From Alphaproteobacteria bacterium (GTDB taxonomy: Bacteria > Pseudomonadota > Alphaproteobacteria > SHVV01), in NCBI GenBank assembly GCA_965261735.1, contig OZ253470.1:1792001-1856000 (forward strand): 64,000 bases of DNA, in the 5' to 3' direction. Under the pieces are notes generated by a model. The model was not told the DNA's origin. It did not search any database and saw only the letters and a program-made list of their open reading frames with translations. A program made the position numbers and the translations under genes. Positions within the stretch are counted from its first letter, which is position 1. Every line of letters starts with the position of its first letter. This document shows, piece after piece, positions 29,414-40,735 of this stretch.

Positions 29414-29488
29414 TGGTGGGCGCGGCTGGGATTGAACCAGCGACCCCTACGATGTCAACGTAGTGCTCTCCCGCTGAGCTACGCGCCC
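29414..29488 (-). tRNA. tRNA-Val (anticodon GAC)
   Basis: GGGCGCGTAGCTCAGCGGGAGAGCACTACGTTGACATCGTAGGGGTCGCTGGTTCAATCCCAGCCGCGCCCACCA: 75 nt cloverleaf with encoded CCA. Confidence 0.97.
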
Positions 29489-29650
29489 GCGCTCCGGAAC
29501 CAGGCCGGGAACCGGCGGCCGTTATAGGACAATGGCCGGCCTTTGCCTAGGGGGCGGGGCGCGCTTGCGCGGGCGTTCTCGCCGCCGCGCGCGCGTGCTA
29601 TGATTCGTGGCCGCGCAACCGGCGGCGGCGGGCGGGCGATCCGGGGCACG

Positions 29651-30580
29651 ATGGATACACGGGCGGGCGTAGCGCGAGCCACCGGCGACACCGGTACCAC
29701 CCGCGACACAGGCGGAGCCGGCGCACCCTTCGAGATCCTGGCGCCGGAGGTGCAGACGATTCCCTTCGTCTACTGCTCGCCGCACAGCGGTACGGCTTAT
29801 GCGCCCGAGTTCCTCGCGGCCTCGCCGCTCGATCTTGCAACCCTGCGCCAGTCCGAGGACGCCTTCGTCGATGAGCTCTTCGCGGCGGCGCCGAGGCTCG
29901 GCGCGCCGCTGCTCAGGGCGCTGTTCCCGCGCGTCTACCTCGACCCCAACCGCGAGGCCTACGAGCTCGATCCGGTGATGTTCGACGGCGCGCTCCCCGA
30001 CTACGCCAACACCCGCTCGACGCGCGTCTCAGGCGGGCTCGGCACGATCGCCCGGGTGGTCAGCAACGGGGCCGAGATCTATCGGCAGAAGCTGCCGGTC
30101 GCCGAGGCCAAGCAGCGCATCCGGCTGTTCTACGATCCGTTCCACGAGGCGCTCGCCCGCCTCCTCGCCGAGACCAAGGCGCGGTTCGGCTGCGCGGTCC
30201 TCATCGACTGCCACTCGATGCCCTCGGTGGGTGGGCCGATGGACCGCGATTCGGGCCGCTCGCGCACCGAGATTGTGCTCGGCGACCGCTTCGCCACCAG
30301 CGCCGCGGCCATCCTCACCGACGTCTGCGAGGCCGCATTCAAGGGCATGGGCTACCGCGTCTTCCGCAACAATCCCTACGCCGGCGGCTTCATCACCCAG
30401 CACTACGGGCGCCCGGCCGAGGGCGTGCACACGCTGCAGATCGAGATAAACCGGGCGCTTTACATGGACGAGGCACGGATCGATCCGGCGCCGGCGATGG
30501 CCCGGGTGGCCGAGAACATGACGGCGCTGATGGGCGCGCTCGCGGCCATCGAGCCCGTACACCTCGCGCCCCGAGCCTGA
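29651..30580 (+). CDS. N-formylglutamate amidohydrolase
   Basis: SPHSG, SEDAFVDEL, YLDPNRE, LIDCHSMPS, LGDRF, PYAGGFIT, LQIEINRALYM. Confidence 0.93.
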   Translation: MDTRAGVARATGDTGTTRDTGGAGAPFEILAPEVQTIPFVYCSPHSGTAYAPEFLAASPLDLATLRQSEDAFVDELFAAAPRLGAPLLRALFPRVYLDPNREAYELDPVMFDGALPDYANTRSTRVSGGLGTIARVVSNGAEIYRQKLPVAEAKQRIRLFYDPFHEALARLLAETKARFGCAVLIDCHSMPSVGGPMDRDSGRSRTEIVLGDRFATSAAAILTDVCEAAFKGMGYRVFRNNPYAGGFITQHYGRPAEGVHTLQIEINRALYMDEARIDPAPAMARVAENMTALMGALAAIEPVHLAPRA

Positions 30581-30626
30581 CGCGCCTTGCGCGGCGCCTC
30601 TTTTCGGGCAAAAAGGCACTTTTCAC

Positions 30627-30666
30627 AAAAAAAGGGGCCCGCCCGCGTGAAGCGAGCGGAGCCCAA
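30627..30666 (-). terminator. Rho-independent terminator of the sRNA
   Basis: GGGCTCCGCTCGC-TTCAC-GCGGGCGGGCCCC followed by T7. Confidence 0.8.
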
Positions 30667-30721
30667 GTCAAGGGAGGATAAACCCATGATGGGTCTCCCA
30701 CGGCTGAGAGAGCCGCAGATA
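30627..30721 (-). ncRNA. mmgR: MmgR / suhB (alpha-r8) family small RNA
   Basis: Minus strand: UAUCCUCCCUUGACUUGGGC core, then a GC hairpin and U7; own sigma70 promoter; located just downstream of N-formylglutamate amidohydrolase, the known context for this family. 5' end is estimated. Confidence 0.8.
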
Positions 30722-30727
30722 GAGAAG

Positions 30728-30755
30728 ATTATAGTCATTTTGACGAAAATTGCAA
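30728..30755 (-). promoter_or_regulatory. Sigma70 promoter for the sRNA
   Basis: TTGCAA, 16-bp spacer, TATAAT on the minus strand. Confidence 0.75.
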
Positions 30756-30898
30756 GTACTTGTTTGGCGATTCTCCCTAGTTTTCATCGAGTTATCCCCA
30801 GTTCCGCAACAACGGCCGCAAGACGGCCCGCATAGCGCGCTGGCAACGCGCCCAAAATGGCGACGGGGCACAAACGTGCGGCTCCGCAGCGGCGCGTC

Positions 30899-30914
30899 TG
30901 GCACGCGAATTGCT
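30899..30914 (+). promoter_or_regulatory. Sigma54 (-24/-12) promoter
   Basis: TGGCAC-GCGAA-TTGCT matches TGGCAC-N5-TTGCW; ends 11 bp before ATG 30926. Confidence 0.7.
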
Positions 30915-30925
30915 CGGATTCCGGC

Positions 30926-31290
30926 ATGCGGCTCGGTGCACAGACAGTTATCCACAGCCGGTGGGCGGTCTACGCCGGCCGCCTGTGCGCGGCCGCGCTC
31001 TTTTTCGCCCTTGTGGCGGGCGAACCGGCAGGTGCCGCGGCCAAGGCCGGTGCCGACCCGGCGGTCGGCTTGTGCCGCGATGCCATCGCCGCGGCCGAGC
31101 GCGCGAAACGCATCCCCCAACAACTCCTGAGCGCCATCGCTTTGGCCGAATCGGGGCGCTGGGACAACGGCCGGCGCGTGTCCGACCCGTGGCCGTGGAC
31201 CGTGACTTCGGGTGCGCGCTCACGCTATTTGCCGACGCGGCGCGCAGCTATCGCCGAGTTCAGGCGGCTCAAGGCGGCGGGCGTAGCACC
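30926..31290 (+). pseudogene. Lytic transglycosylase (SLT domain), 3' truncated
   Basis: Signal peptide, LCRDAIAAAERAKRIPQQLLSAIALAESGRW (catalytic ES), PWPWTV. Similarity stops at LKAAGV, before the expected GCMQIN motif. Confidence 0.75.
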
Positions 31291-31345
31291 GCCACGCCGT
31301 CATGGCCGCCCACCGCGCCAAGCGCGCGGCCAGGGAGGGCGCCAA

Positions 31346-32479
31346 CTAGGCGGGAGGCGCCGCCGGGGCGAACTCGCCGAGCCTTACGGGCCGCCGCTTC
31401 GACCCCCAGGTGCCGGGCGCGCCGTCGAAAACCCCGGGCACGCGCGTGCCACAGGAGCGGCAATGGCCGTCGTCGGACAGGTGCCACGTCCCCAGCACGT
31501 ACCAGTCGCGGCCGATCACCTTCGTGCCGCAGCCGTGGCAGAACGTGCTGCCGGCGGCGTCGTCGTGAACGTTACCGACATACACGTAGCGCAGGCCGTG
31601 ATCGCGCGCGATGGTGCGCGCACGCGTCAGGGTCGCGTGCGGCGTGCGCGGCGTGTCGAGCATCTTGAAGTCGGGGTGGAAGGCGGTGAAGTGGAGCGGC
31701 ACGTCGGGGCCGAGATTGTCGGCGAACCACGCGGATAAGGCGGCGAGCTCGGAATTGGAATCGTTTTCGCCCGGGATCAGCAGCGTGGTGACCTCGAACC
31801 AGACGTCGGTCTCGCGCTTGAGGTAGATGAGCGTCTCGAGCACCGGCGCCAGGTGGGCGCTGCACAGCTTGTAATAGAACGCCTCGGTGAAGCCCTTGAG
31901 GTCGATGTTCGCCGCGTCCATATGGCGGTAGAACTCGGCACGCGGTTCGGGGCAAATGTAGCCTGCCGTCACCGCCACGGTCTTGATGCCGCGCTCGCGG
32001 CAGGCGGCGGCGACGTCGACGGCGTACTCGAGGAAGATCACCGGGTCGTTGTAGGTGAAGGCGACCGAGCGGCAGCCCAGCGCCTCGGCCGCGCGGCCGA
32101 GCGTCTCGGGCGAGGCGGCATCGGCCAGCGTGTCGATCTCGCGCGACTTACTGATGTCCCAGTTCTGGCAGAACTTGCAGGTCAGGTTACAGCCGGCCGT
32201 GCCGAACGAGAGCACGGGCGTGCCCGGCAGGAAATGGTTGAGCGGCTTCTTCTCGATGGGATCGACGCAGAAGCCGCTCGAGCGCCCGTAGCTGGTCAGC
32301 ACCATGGCGCCCCCTTGGGCCGCGCGCACAAAGCACAAGCCGCGCTGGCCCTCGCGCACGCGGCAAAAGCGCGGGCACACATCGCACTGCACGCGGCCGT
32401 CGGCGAGGGGGTGCCAATAGCGCCCCGGGACGACGCCGGGGGTGCTCGCCGCCGCCCCATCACTCGGCAGATCGACCAT
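31346..32479 (-). CDS. amrS: AmmeMemoRadiSam system radical SAM enzyme
   Basis: CDVCPRFC, DPIEKKPLNHFLPG, CNLTCKFCQNWDIS (CxxxCxxC), AFTYNDP, AFHPDFK, C-terminal CHGC/CRSC. Confidence 0.95.
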   Translation of the reverse strand: MVDLPSDGAAASTPGVVPGRYWHPLADGRVQCDVCPRFCRVREGQRGLCFVRAAQGGAMVLTSYGRSSGFCVDPIEKKPLNHFLPGTPVLSFGTAGCNLTCKFCQNWDISKSREIDTLADAASPETLGRAAEALGCRSVAFTYNDPVIFLEYAVDVAAACRERGIKTVAVTAGYICPEPRAEFYRHMDAANIDLKGFTEAFYYKLCSAHLAPVLETLIYLKRETDVWFEVTTLLIPGENDSNSELAALSAWFADNLGPDVPLHFTAFHPDFKMLDTPRTPHATLTRARTIARDHGLRYVYVGNVHDDAAGSTFCHGCGTKVIGRDWYVLGTWHLSDDGHCRSCGTRVPGVFDGAPGTWGSKRRPVRLGEFAPAAPPA

Positions 32480-32582
32480 GGCTAACCTCCCTGGACGCCG
32501 GGGATGACGGCGGCCGGCTACATTTATAGTATGCTGTCACCCGCCACGAAGTACTAGGCATAGTCGGTATAAACGAAGGCCC

Positions 32583-33437
32583 ATGAGCGAACTTGCCGGC
32601 GCCAGCGTCCGTGATCCCGCCGTTGCCGGGAGCTTCTACCCGGCGGCCGCGGAGGCGCTCGCGTCGCAGGTCGACGAGATGCTCAGGGAGGCGATGGCGA
32701 GCGGCCAGCGCGCCGGCGCCGATACGCCCAAGGCGATCATCGCGCCGCATGCCGGTTTCGTCTATTCGGGCCCGGTGGCGGCGTCGGCCTATGCGCGGCT
32801 TGCGCGCGCGCGCCACCAGATCAAGCGCGTGGTCCTTCTCGGTCCCTCCCATCGCGTCGCGGTGCGCGGGCTCGCTCTGTCGGGCGCCGAGGGCTTTGCC
32901 ACGCCGCTCGGCGTCGTGCCCATCGACCGCGATGCGGTCGCGCGCCTGGCGTCGCTGCCGCAGGTCCACCAGCTCGATGCCGCGCATGCCCAGGAGCACA
33001 GCCTCGAGGTCCATCTGCCATTCCTGCAAAAGGTGCTGGCCGCGTTCACGCTGGTGCCGATCGTCGTCGGTCAGGCCGAGCCTGACGAGGTCGCTGAGGT
33101 CCTGCGGCTGGTGTGGGGCGGGCCCGAAACGCTCATCGTCGTCAGTTCCGACCTCAGCCACTACCACGACTACGACACGGCCCGGCGGATGGACAGCGCC
33201 ACCGCCGCGGCCATCGCGACGCTCGATGTGGAGTCGATCTCCGACGAGGGTGCGTGCGGCCGCATGCCGATCCGCGGGCTCCTGGTGGAGGCGCGCCGGC
33301 GCGGCCTCCACGCGGCCCTGATCGATCTGCGCAACTCTGGCGATACGGCGGGCCCGCGTGACCGCGTCGTCGGCTACGCCTCCATTCTGTTCACCGCCGA
33401 TCCGGCGCAACGAATAGCAGAACCCGATCGCCGCTAG
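32583..33437 (+). CDS. amrB: AmmeMemoRadiSam system protein B (MEMO1 family)
   Basis: RDPAVAGSFYP, APHAGFVYSG, GPSH, EHSLEVHLPFLQ, SSDLSHY, ACG, NSGD, VVGY; ends at an in-frame TAG. Confidence 0.93.
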   Translation: MSELAGASVRDPAVAGSFYPAAAEALASQVDEMLREAMASGQRAGADTPKAIIAPHAGFVYSGPVAASAYARLARARHQIKRVVLLGPSHRVAVRGLALSGAEGFATPLGVVPIDRDAVARLASLPQVHQLDAAHAQEHSLEVHLPFLQKVLAAFTLVPIVVGQAEPDEVAEVLRLVWGGPETLIVVSSDLSHYHDYDTARRMDSATAAAIATLDVESISDEGACGRMPIRGLLVEARRRGLHAALIDLRNSGDTAGPRDRVVGYASILFTADPAQRIAEPDRR

Positions 33438-33440
33438 CTC

Positions 33441-33992
33441 ATGGACGTCGCCACCGGCGCGATCCGCGTCGGCCTGCGCAAGGGCAGCCGCGCCAACGTC
33501 GCACTCGAGACGTTCCCGGCCGCCCTGCAGGCAAAGGGTGCATGCTTCGTCACCCTCGACATCGCCGGCCGTCTGCGCGGCTGTATCGGCACTTTGCGGG
33601 CTGTGCGTCCGCTGGTCGCCGACGCCGCCTGGAACGCCTACGGCTCGGCTTTCGAGGACAAGAGGTTCGAGCCGCTGACCGAGGCCGAATACGAGAACCT
33701 GCGCATCGGTATCTCGGTGCTCGGCGACCCCATGCCCCTGCGCGTCGCCTCCGAAGACGATCTGGTCAGCCAGCTGCGGCCGGGCGTCGATGGCCTGATC
33801 CTCGAGGACGGCAAGCAGCGCGGCACCTTCCTGCCCCAGGTATGGCAGCAACTGGCGGAGCCGCGCGAGTTCGTGGCGCGGCTGAAGGCCAAGGCAGGGA
33901 TCGCTCCGGGCCAGTGGCCGGATGGTATCGGCGTGTGGCGCTACACCACCGAATCCTTCGGCGGCACGGTGGCGAAACCCGCGGCGCCGTGA
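33441..33992 (+). CDS. amrA: AmmeMemoRadiSam system protein A (AMMECR1 family)
   Basis: ACFVTL, LRGCIG, AFEDKRF, ISVL, GVDGLIL, TFLPQVW, LKAKAG; same frame as amrB. Confidence 0.92.
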   Translation: MDVATGAIRVGLRKGSRANVALETFPAALQAKGACFVTLDIAGRLRGCIGTLRAVRPLVADAAWNAYGSAFEDKRFEPLTEAEYENLRIGISVLGDPMPLRVASEDDLVSQLRPGVDGLILEDGKQRGTFLPQVWQQLAEPREFVARLKAKAGIAPGQWPDGIGVWRYTTESFGGTVAKPAAP

Positions 33993-34067
33993 CGCGCCGT
34001 GCGCGTTCGCCGCGCCCTCGAAGCCACCTTGACCCTCAGAGTGACTTGATTCAAAAGACAAAAATTG

Positions 34068-34096
34068 TTGACTTCGTGGGCCGAGATTTGCATGGT
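34068..34096 (+). promoter_or_regulatory. Putative sigma70 promoter for the M23 peptidase
   Basis: TTGACT, 17-bp spacer, CATGGT, preceded by an A-rich tract. Confidence 0.45.
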
Positions 34097-34129
34097 GGCG
34101 CGCGCTAAGGGTATTCTTGGGGGGTAGCC

Positions 34130-35563
34130 GTGCGTGAGCCGGCATATCTGCGCCGGGGCCGGGACGGCCTCGCGCATCAAGACGACGCCTTCGGTGGCCG
34201 CGCCTTGCGGCCTCGGCTCGCCGCCGCCGCCGGTGCGGTCATGGCGGTGATCCTTGCCGGAGGCCTCTTCCTCGCCGTTCAGCTTCCCGCTTTCGGTACC
34301 ACGGGAGCGCTCGATGGCCGCTGGTCGCGTACCGTCGCCGCGACGACGGGCAGCGACGAAATGGCGGCGTTGCGCGCCCTCGAGCCGGCCTTCGCGCCCG
34401 CCGCCTCGGAGCCCCTATGGATGCGGGCGGACGAGGCTTTGGTGGCGCCCGCGCCGCGCACCGAGGTTCGCGGCGTGGCCATCGCCAAGCGCGGCACGTT
34501 GCTCGGGGCGCTGACCAAGGGCGGCGCGGGTTCGCGCGACGCGCACCTCGCCATCGCCGCGCTCAAGCCGTTGTTCGATCCGCGCAAGCTGCGCCCCGGC
34601 CACAAGGTGAGTCTCACCTTCCCGGTCGCCACGGGCGCCGACGAACGTCGGCTCCTCGCCGTCGCCATCGCCCTCGAGGTCGACCGAGACATCATCGCGG
34701 AGCGCGGCGAGGACGGCGCGTTCGCGGCCCGCGAGGTGCGCAAGGATCTCGTCCGCCAGCCGGTTCGCGCCGTCGGCGCCATCGAGGACAGCCTGTTCGT
34801 GGCTGCGGCCGATGCCGGCATCCCGCTACCGGTGATCATGGAGCTCATCCGCATCTATAGCTGGGACGTCGATTTCCAGCGCGACATCCATCCCGGCGAC
34901 GGCTTCGAGGTGCTGTTCGAGCGCTTCGCCGACGAGCACGGCCGGGCGCTGAAGAACGGGGCGGTGACCGTGGCCGCGCTCAGCGTGCGCGACACCACGC
35001 TACGGCTGTTTCGCCACGAGACCGCGGATGGCCGCATCGACTATTACGATGAGAAGGGCCGTTCGGTACGCAAGGCGCTGCTGCGCACGCCGGTCGACGG
35101 CGCCCGGCTGACCTCGCGCTACGGCAAGCGCCGCCACCCGATCCTGGGCTACACCAAGGTTCACCGCGGCGTCGATTTCGCGGCTCCGCGCGGCACGCCG
35201 ATCATGGCCGCGGGCGACGGGGTCATCGAGAGCATGGGGCGCAACGGCGCCTACGGGCATTACGTGCGCCTGCGCCACAACAGCCGCTACAAGACGGCCT
35301 ACGGGCACCTCCACCGCTACGCCAAGGGCTTGCGCCGGGGCAAGCGGGTGCGCCAGGGCCAGATCATCGGCTTTGTCGGATCGACGGGCCGCTCCACGGG
35401 GCCGCACCTGCACTACGAAGTGCTTGTTGCGGGCCGCCAAACCAATCCGATGAGCCTCAAGCTGCCGAGCGGAAAGAAGCTCGCCGGTGCCGAACTCGCG
35501 CGCTTCGACGAGACGCGGGCGCGGCTGCTCGGTGAGCTCGCCGCCGCGCCGGGGATGCGGTAG
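34130..35563 (+). CDS. M23 family peptidoglycan DD-endopeptidase (MepM-like)
   Basis: N-terminal TM segment; YSWDVDFQRDI; HRGVDFAAPRGTP (HxxxD); STGPHLHYE (HxH). Start is uncertain. Confidence 0.92.
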   Translation: MREPAYLRRGRDGLAHQDDAFGGRALRPRLAAAAGAVMAVILAGGLFLAVQLPAFGTTGALDGRWSRTVAATTGSDEMAALRALEPAFAPAASEPLWMRADEALVAPAPRTEVRGVAIAKRGTLLGALTKGGAGSRDAHLAIAALKPLFDPRKLRPGHKVSLTFPVATGADERRLLAVAIALEVDRDIIAERGEDGAFAAREVRKDLVRQPVRAVGAIEDSLFVAAADAGIPLPVIMELIRIYSWDVDFQRDIHPGDGFEVLFERFADEHGRALKNGAVTVAALSVRDTTLRLFRHETADGRIDYYDEKGRSVRKALLRTPVDGARLTSRYGKRRHPILGYTKVHRGVDFAAPRGTPIMAAGDGVIESMGRNGAYGHYVRLRHNSRYKTAYGHLHRYAKGLRRGKRVRQGQIIGFVGSTGRSTGPHLHYEVLVAGRQTNPMSLKLPSGKKLAGAELARFDETRARLLGELAAAPGMR

Positions 35564-37323
35564 AACGTCATTGGCTCCGGTATGCCTTGAAGGGTGGCGG
35601 AGTCCTGCTGCAGATCGGTGTCGGCGAGTGCCTCCGCCGTCGCGGGGTCGGCCATGATGTCGTCCGACAGCACGATGTCGCCGCCACGACTCTCCTCCTG
35701 AAGCCGCGCCGCGATGTTCACAGTGGTGCCGAAATAGTCGAGCACGCCGGCCGTGTTGACGGCGATGCACTCGCCGCGGTGCATGCCGAACTTTACGACC
35801 AGTGCCGCCGGGCCGTGCTCCGCGTTGAAGGTGGCGACGTCGCGCTGGACCGACAGCGCCGTGGCGAGTGCGTCGGCCGGCTCGGCGAATGCCGCCATGA
35901 CCGCATCGCCCATGGTCTTGACCAGGACGCCGCGATGGCCGCGGATGCGCTCGGCCATGAAGGCGAAGTGATCGCGCACCAGGCCGTACGCGGTGCCGTC
36001 GCCGATCTCGGCATAGAGCGCGGTCGATCCCTTGAGGTCCGAGAACAGGATCGAGACCTGGCCGATGGTGACGTCGTCGCCCGGGCGCAGCACCTGCTCC
36101 GGGCACAGCTCACGAAAGGCCGGCATGGCGATCACCTGTGGTCCCGTCAGGGCATCCGCCGTCCACTCGCGCTCCTCGACGACGAGATGGAGCGGGCGCG
36201 CGCTCTCGTTGCGCAGGACGATATGGCCGGGCGCGGCCGCCGCTCCCGCATCGACGCTCTCGCTCCGCGCGACGATTTCGGGAAAGCGGACGCCGTCGCA
36301 CTCGACGTCGGACTGCCCGCCCGCCTCGACGGTGCGCAGGCGATAGCCGCCCGCGGGCAGCGCGAGCTCCTCCGATAGCATGCCACCGGGCTCGACCAGG
36401 CGCTGTACCTTGACGTGGGGCGCCATCATGCAGAACTCGCCCTCGGGCAGCTCACGCAGCCAGCCGGCGGGCGTGAACAGCAGCTCGACGTTGGCCGCGA
36501 AGTCGCGCTCGTAGTCGATGTTACAGGACTCGCAGTGCACGCCTTTGGGGAGTTCGTAGAGGTTGGTCACCTCCGCCTTGGCGCCGCGGCAGCGCGGGCA
36601 CAGGATGCCCCAGTGCAGGGTGAGCAGCCCGGCGCTCTTGGCGGCGAGGCAGAGATCGACGACGGCGGCCGCCGGGACGCCCCATTCACGGGCCAGCGCG
36701 AGCGGCCGCATGCGCTTGAGATCGACGGCCGAGGCCGTCATCAGGAATTCGCCGAGCCGATGCGCGAGCCCGCCTTCATCGGCGATCTCGGCGATGCAGG
36801 TCTCGAGCCGGGCGCGCTGCGCATCGTCGAGCGTGGGCACCGTCTTGGACACGGGCGCGGCGGCCACATCATCGAGCGCGGCGATCATCGCCTCGGCCGT
36901 CTCCACGATCTCGTTGGCGACACGCTCCAGACCGCCGAGCCGCACAATAAGGCCGCCGAGCAGTGAATCCCAACTCACCTCGTAGTGGTATTGGACGCGC
37001 GTGCCGCCATTGTCCGCCACGAGCCTCATCTCGCCGCTCAGCGAGCGCAGCGGCCCTGTCGTGTAGTGGCGCACCTGGCGCCAGTAGCGGTTCTCGACCC
37101 ACTCGCCGAAGCCCTCCTCCCACTCGACGCGGAGAGGCCCGAGGCGGCCGCGCGCGTGCCGCCGCACGGAGCCGTCTGGGGCAGGCTCGGCCTCGACCGT
37201 AAAAGCCTCGATCCCCTGGACGACCTCGTTGCGGCGGTTGGTATCGGACAGGATCGGCCAAACCTCGGCCGGCGCGCGCGCGAAGCGCGTCTCGCCATGA
37301 AACACCGTGCGGGATTTGACCAT
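35413..37323 (-). CDS. Class III adenylate cyclase with SRPBCC-like N-terminus and a CxxC/CxxC (DUF5939-like) middle domain
   Basis: ILFSDLKGST, VKTMGDAVMA, LDYFGTTVNIAARL; CPRC and CESC. The last ~50 codons overlap the convergent M23 gene. Confidence 0.85.
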   Translation of the reverse strand: MVKSRTVFHGETRFARAPAEVWPILSDTNRRNEVVQGIEAFTVEAEPAPDGSVRRHARGRLGPLRVEWEEGFGEWVENRYWRQVRHYTTGPLRSLSGEMRLVADNGGTRVQYHYEVSWDSLLGGLIVRLGGLERVANEIVETAEAMIAALDDVAAAPVSKTVPTLDDAQRARLETCIAEIADEGGLAHRLGEFLMTASAVDLKRMRPLALAREWGVPAAAVVDLCLAAKSAGLLTLHWGILCPRCRGAKAEVTNLYELPKGVHCESCNIDYERDFAANVELLFTPAGWLRELPEGEFCMMAPHVKVQRLVEPGGMLSEELALPAGGYRLRTVEAGGQSDVECDGVRFPEIVARSESVDAGAAAAPGHIVLRNESARPLHLVVEEREWTADALTGPQVIAMPAFRELCPEQVLRPGDDVTIGQVSILFSDLKGSTALYAEIGDGTAYGLVRDHFAFMAERIRGHRGVLVKTMGDAVMAAFAEPADALATALSVQRDVATFNAEHGPAALVVKFGMHRGECIAVNTAGVLDYFGTTVNIAARLQEESRGGDIVLSDDIMADPATAEALADTDLQQDSATLQGIPEPMTFYRIPGAAASSPSSRARVSSKRASSAPASFFPLGSLRLIGLVWRPATSTS

Positions 37324-37375
37324 AGCGGCGTGCGCATGCCTTCAAGCGAGATCAGGACGGCCGGCGCAACGCCCT

Positions 37376-39967
<2,592 letters not shown>

Positions 39968-40120
39968 GCGCGAGCTCCTCGATCTGGCAGCTGCGTGCGG
40001 CCGCCCCGGCCATGCCGCGAATGGCGCGCATTCTTTTCACTCGGTCCTGCGGTCTCTAGGCGAACCCCGCGGGTGCCGGCGCGTGGCCGGTCCTAGGCTA
40101 ACCGGAGCCGGTCAATCCAC

Positions 40121-40148
40121 ATATAGTGTCGGAGGGGTGTGCCGCAAG
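40121..40148 (-). promoter_or_regulatory. RpoH (sigma32)-type promoter upstream of clpB
   Basis: CTTG, 18-bp spacer, CTATAT on the minus strand; fits the alphaproteobacterial RpoH pattern and a heat-shock target. Confidence 0.6.
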
Positions 40149-40180
40149 GGAGCCGGGCGTTGCCTCGATCCCCCTCGGGC

Positions 40181-40573
40181 TCAACTCAGGGTTGGTTCCG
40201 AACCTTCCTGGTCGGGATCGGGCGTATCGGTTTCGATCGGCGCCTCGATCTCGACCGGCGCCGGCGGGTCGAAGAGCGCCACCTGCGGTTCCGGTGCGGG
40301 CTGCGGCGGCGCCGTGCGCGGCTGCCCGTCGGCGCCGTTCATGAGCCGGAAATAGTGCTCGGCGTGCTGAAAGTAGCCCTCGGCGGCGATGCGATCGCCC
40401 GCGACCGCGGCCTCGCGCGCCAGGGTCAGGTATTTCTCGCAGATCTGGTGCGGGGTGCCGCGCACCTTCACGTCCGGGCCGTTGCTCTCGAAACTGCGAT
40501 TGCCGCCGTTGGAGAAGGCCCGCTTGCCACCATTTCGGCCGACTCGCGATCGGCGCGAATTCATAGGCTTCAT
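40181..40573 (-). CDS. DUF4167 domain protein
   Basis: FESNGPDVKVRGTPHQICEKYLTLAREA...YFQHAEHYFR; usual position between prmC and clpB. Confidence 0.9.
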   Translation of the reverse strand: MKPMNSRRSRVGRNGGKRAFSNGGNRSFESNGPDVKVRGTPHQICEKYLTLAREAAVAGDRIAAEGYFQHAEHYFRLMNGADGQPRTAPPQPAPEPQVALFDPPAPVEIEAPIETDTPDPDQEGSEPTLS

Positions 40574-40735
40574 ACGCTTAATGCCTCGCTTCGCTTGCTG
40601 TATCCGCGCCCCCGTCACATCCCACGAATGGGGTGGCTCGCTCCAAGCAAAAGACGGATCACTGCGCGGTAATGTCAGGAGACGTGAGAACCACACAACG
40701 TGTGCACGCACTCTCCAACACCAAACGTAATGTCC

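Noticed and set aside
30948-30956. DnaA box as a replication origin
   Set aside because: Single box inside a coding region, with no box cluster or origin-associated genes.
33435-33437. TAG as pyrrolysine
   Set aside because: No pyl genes in the window and the site is a linker helix, not a catalytic position.
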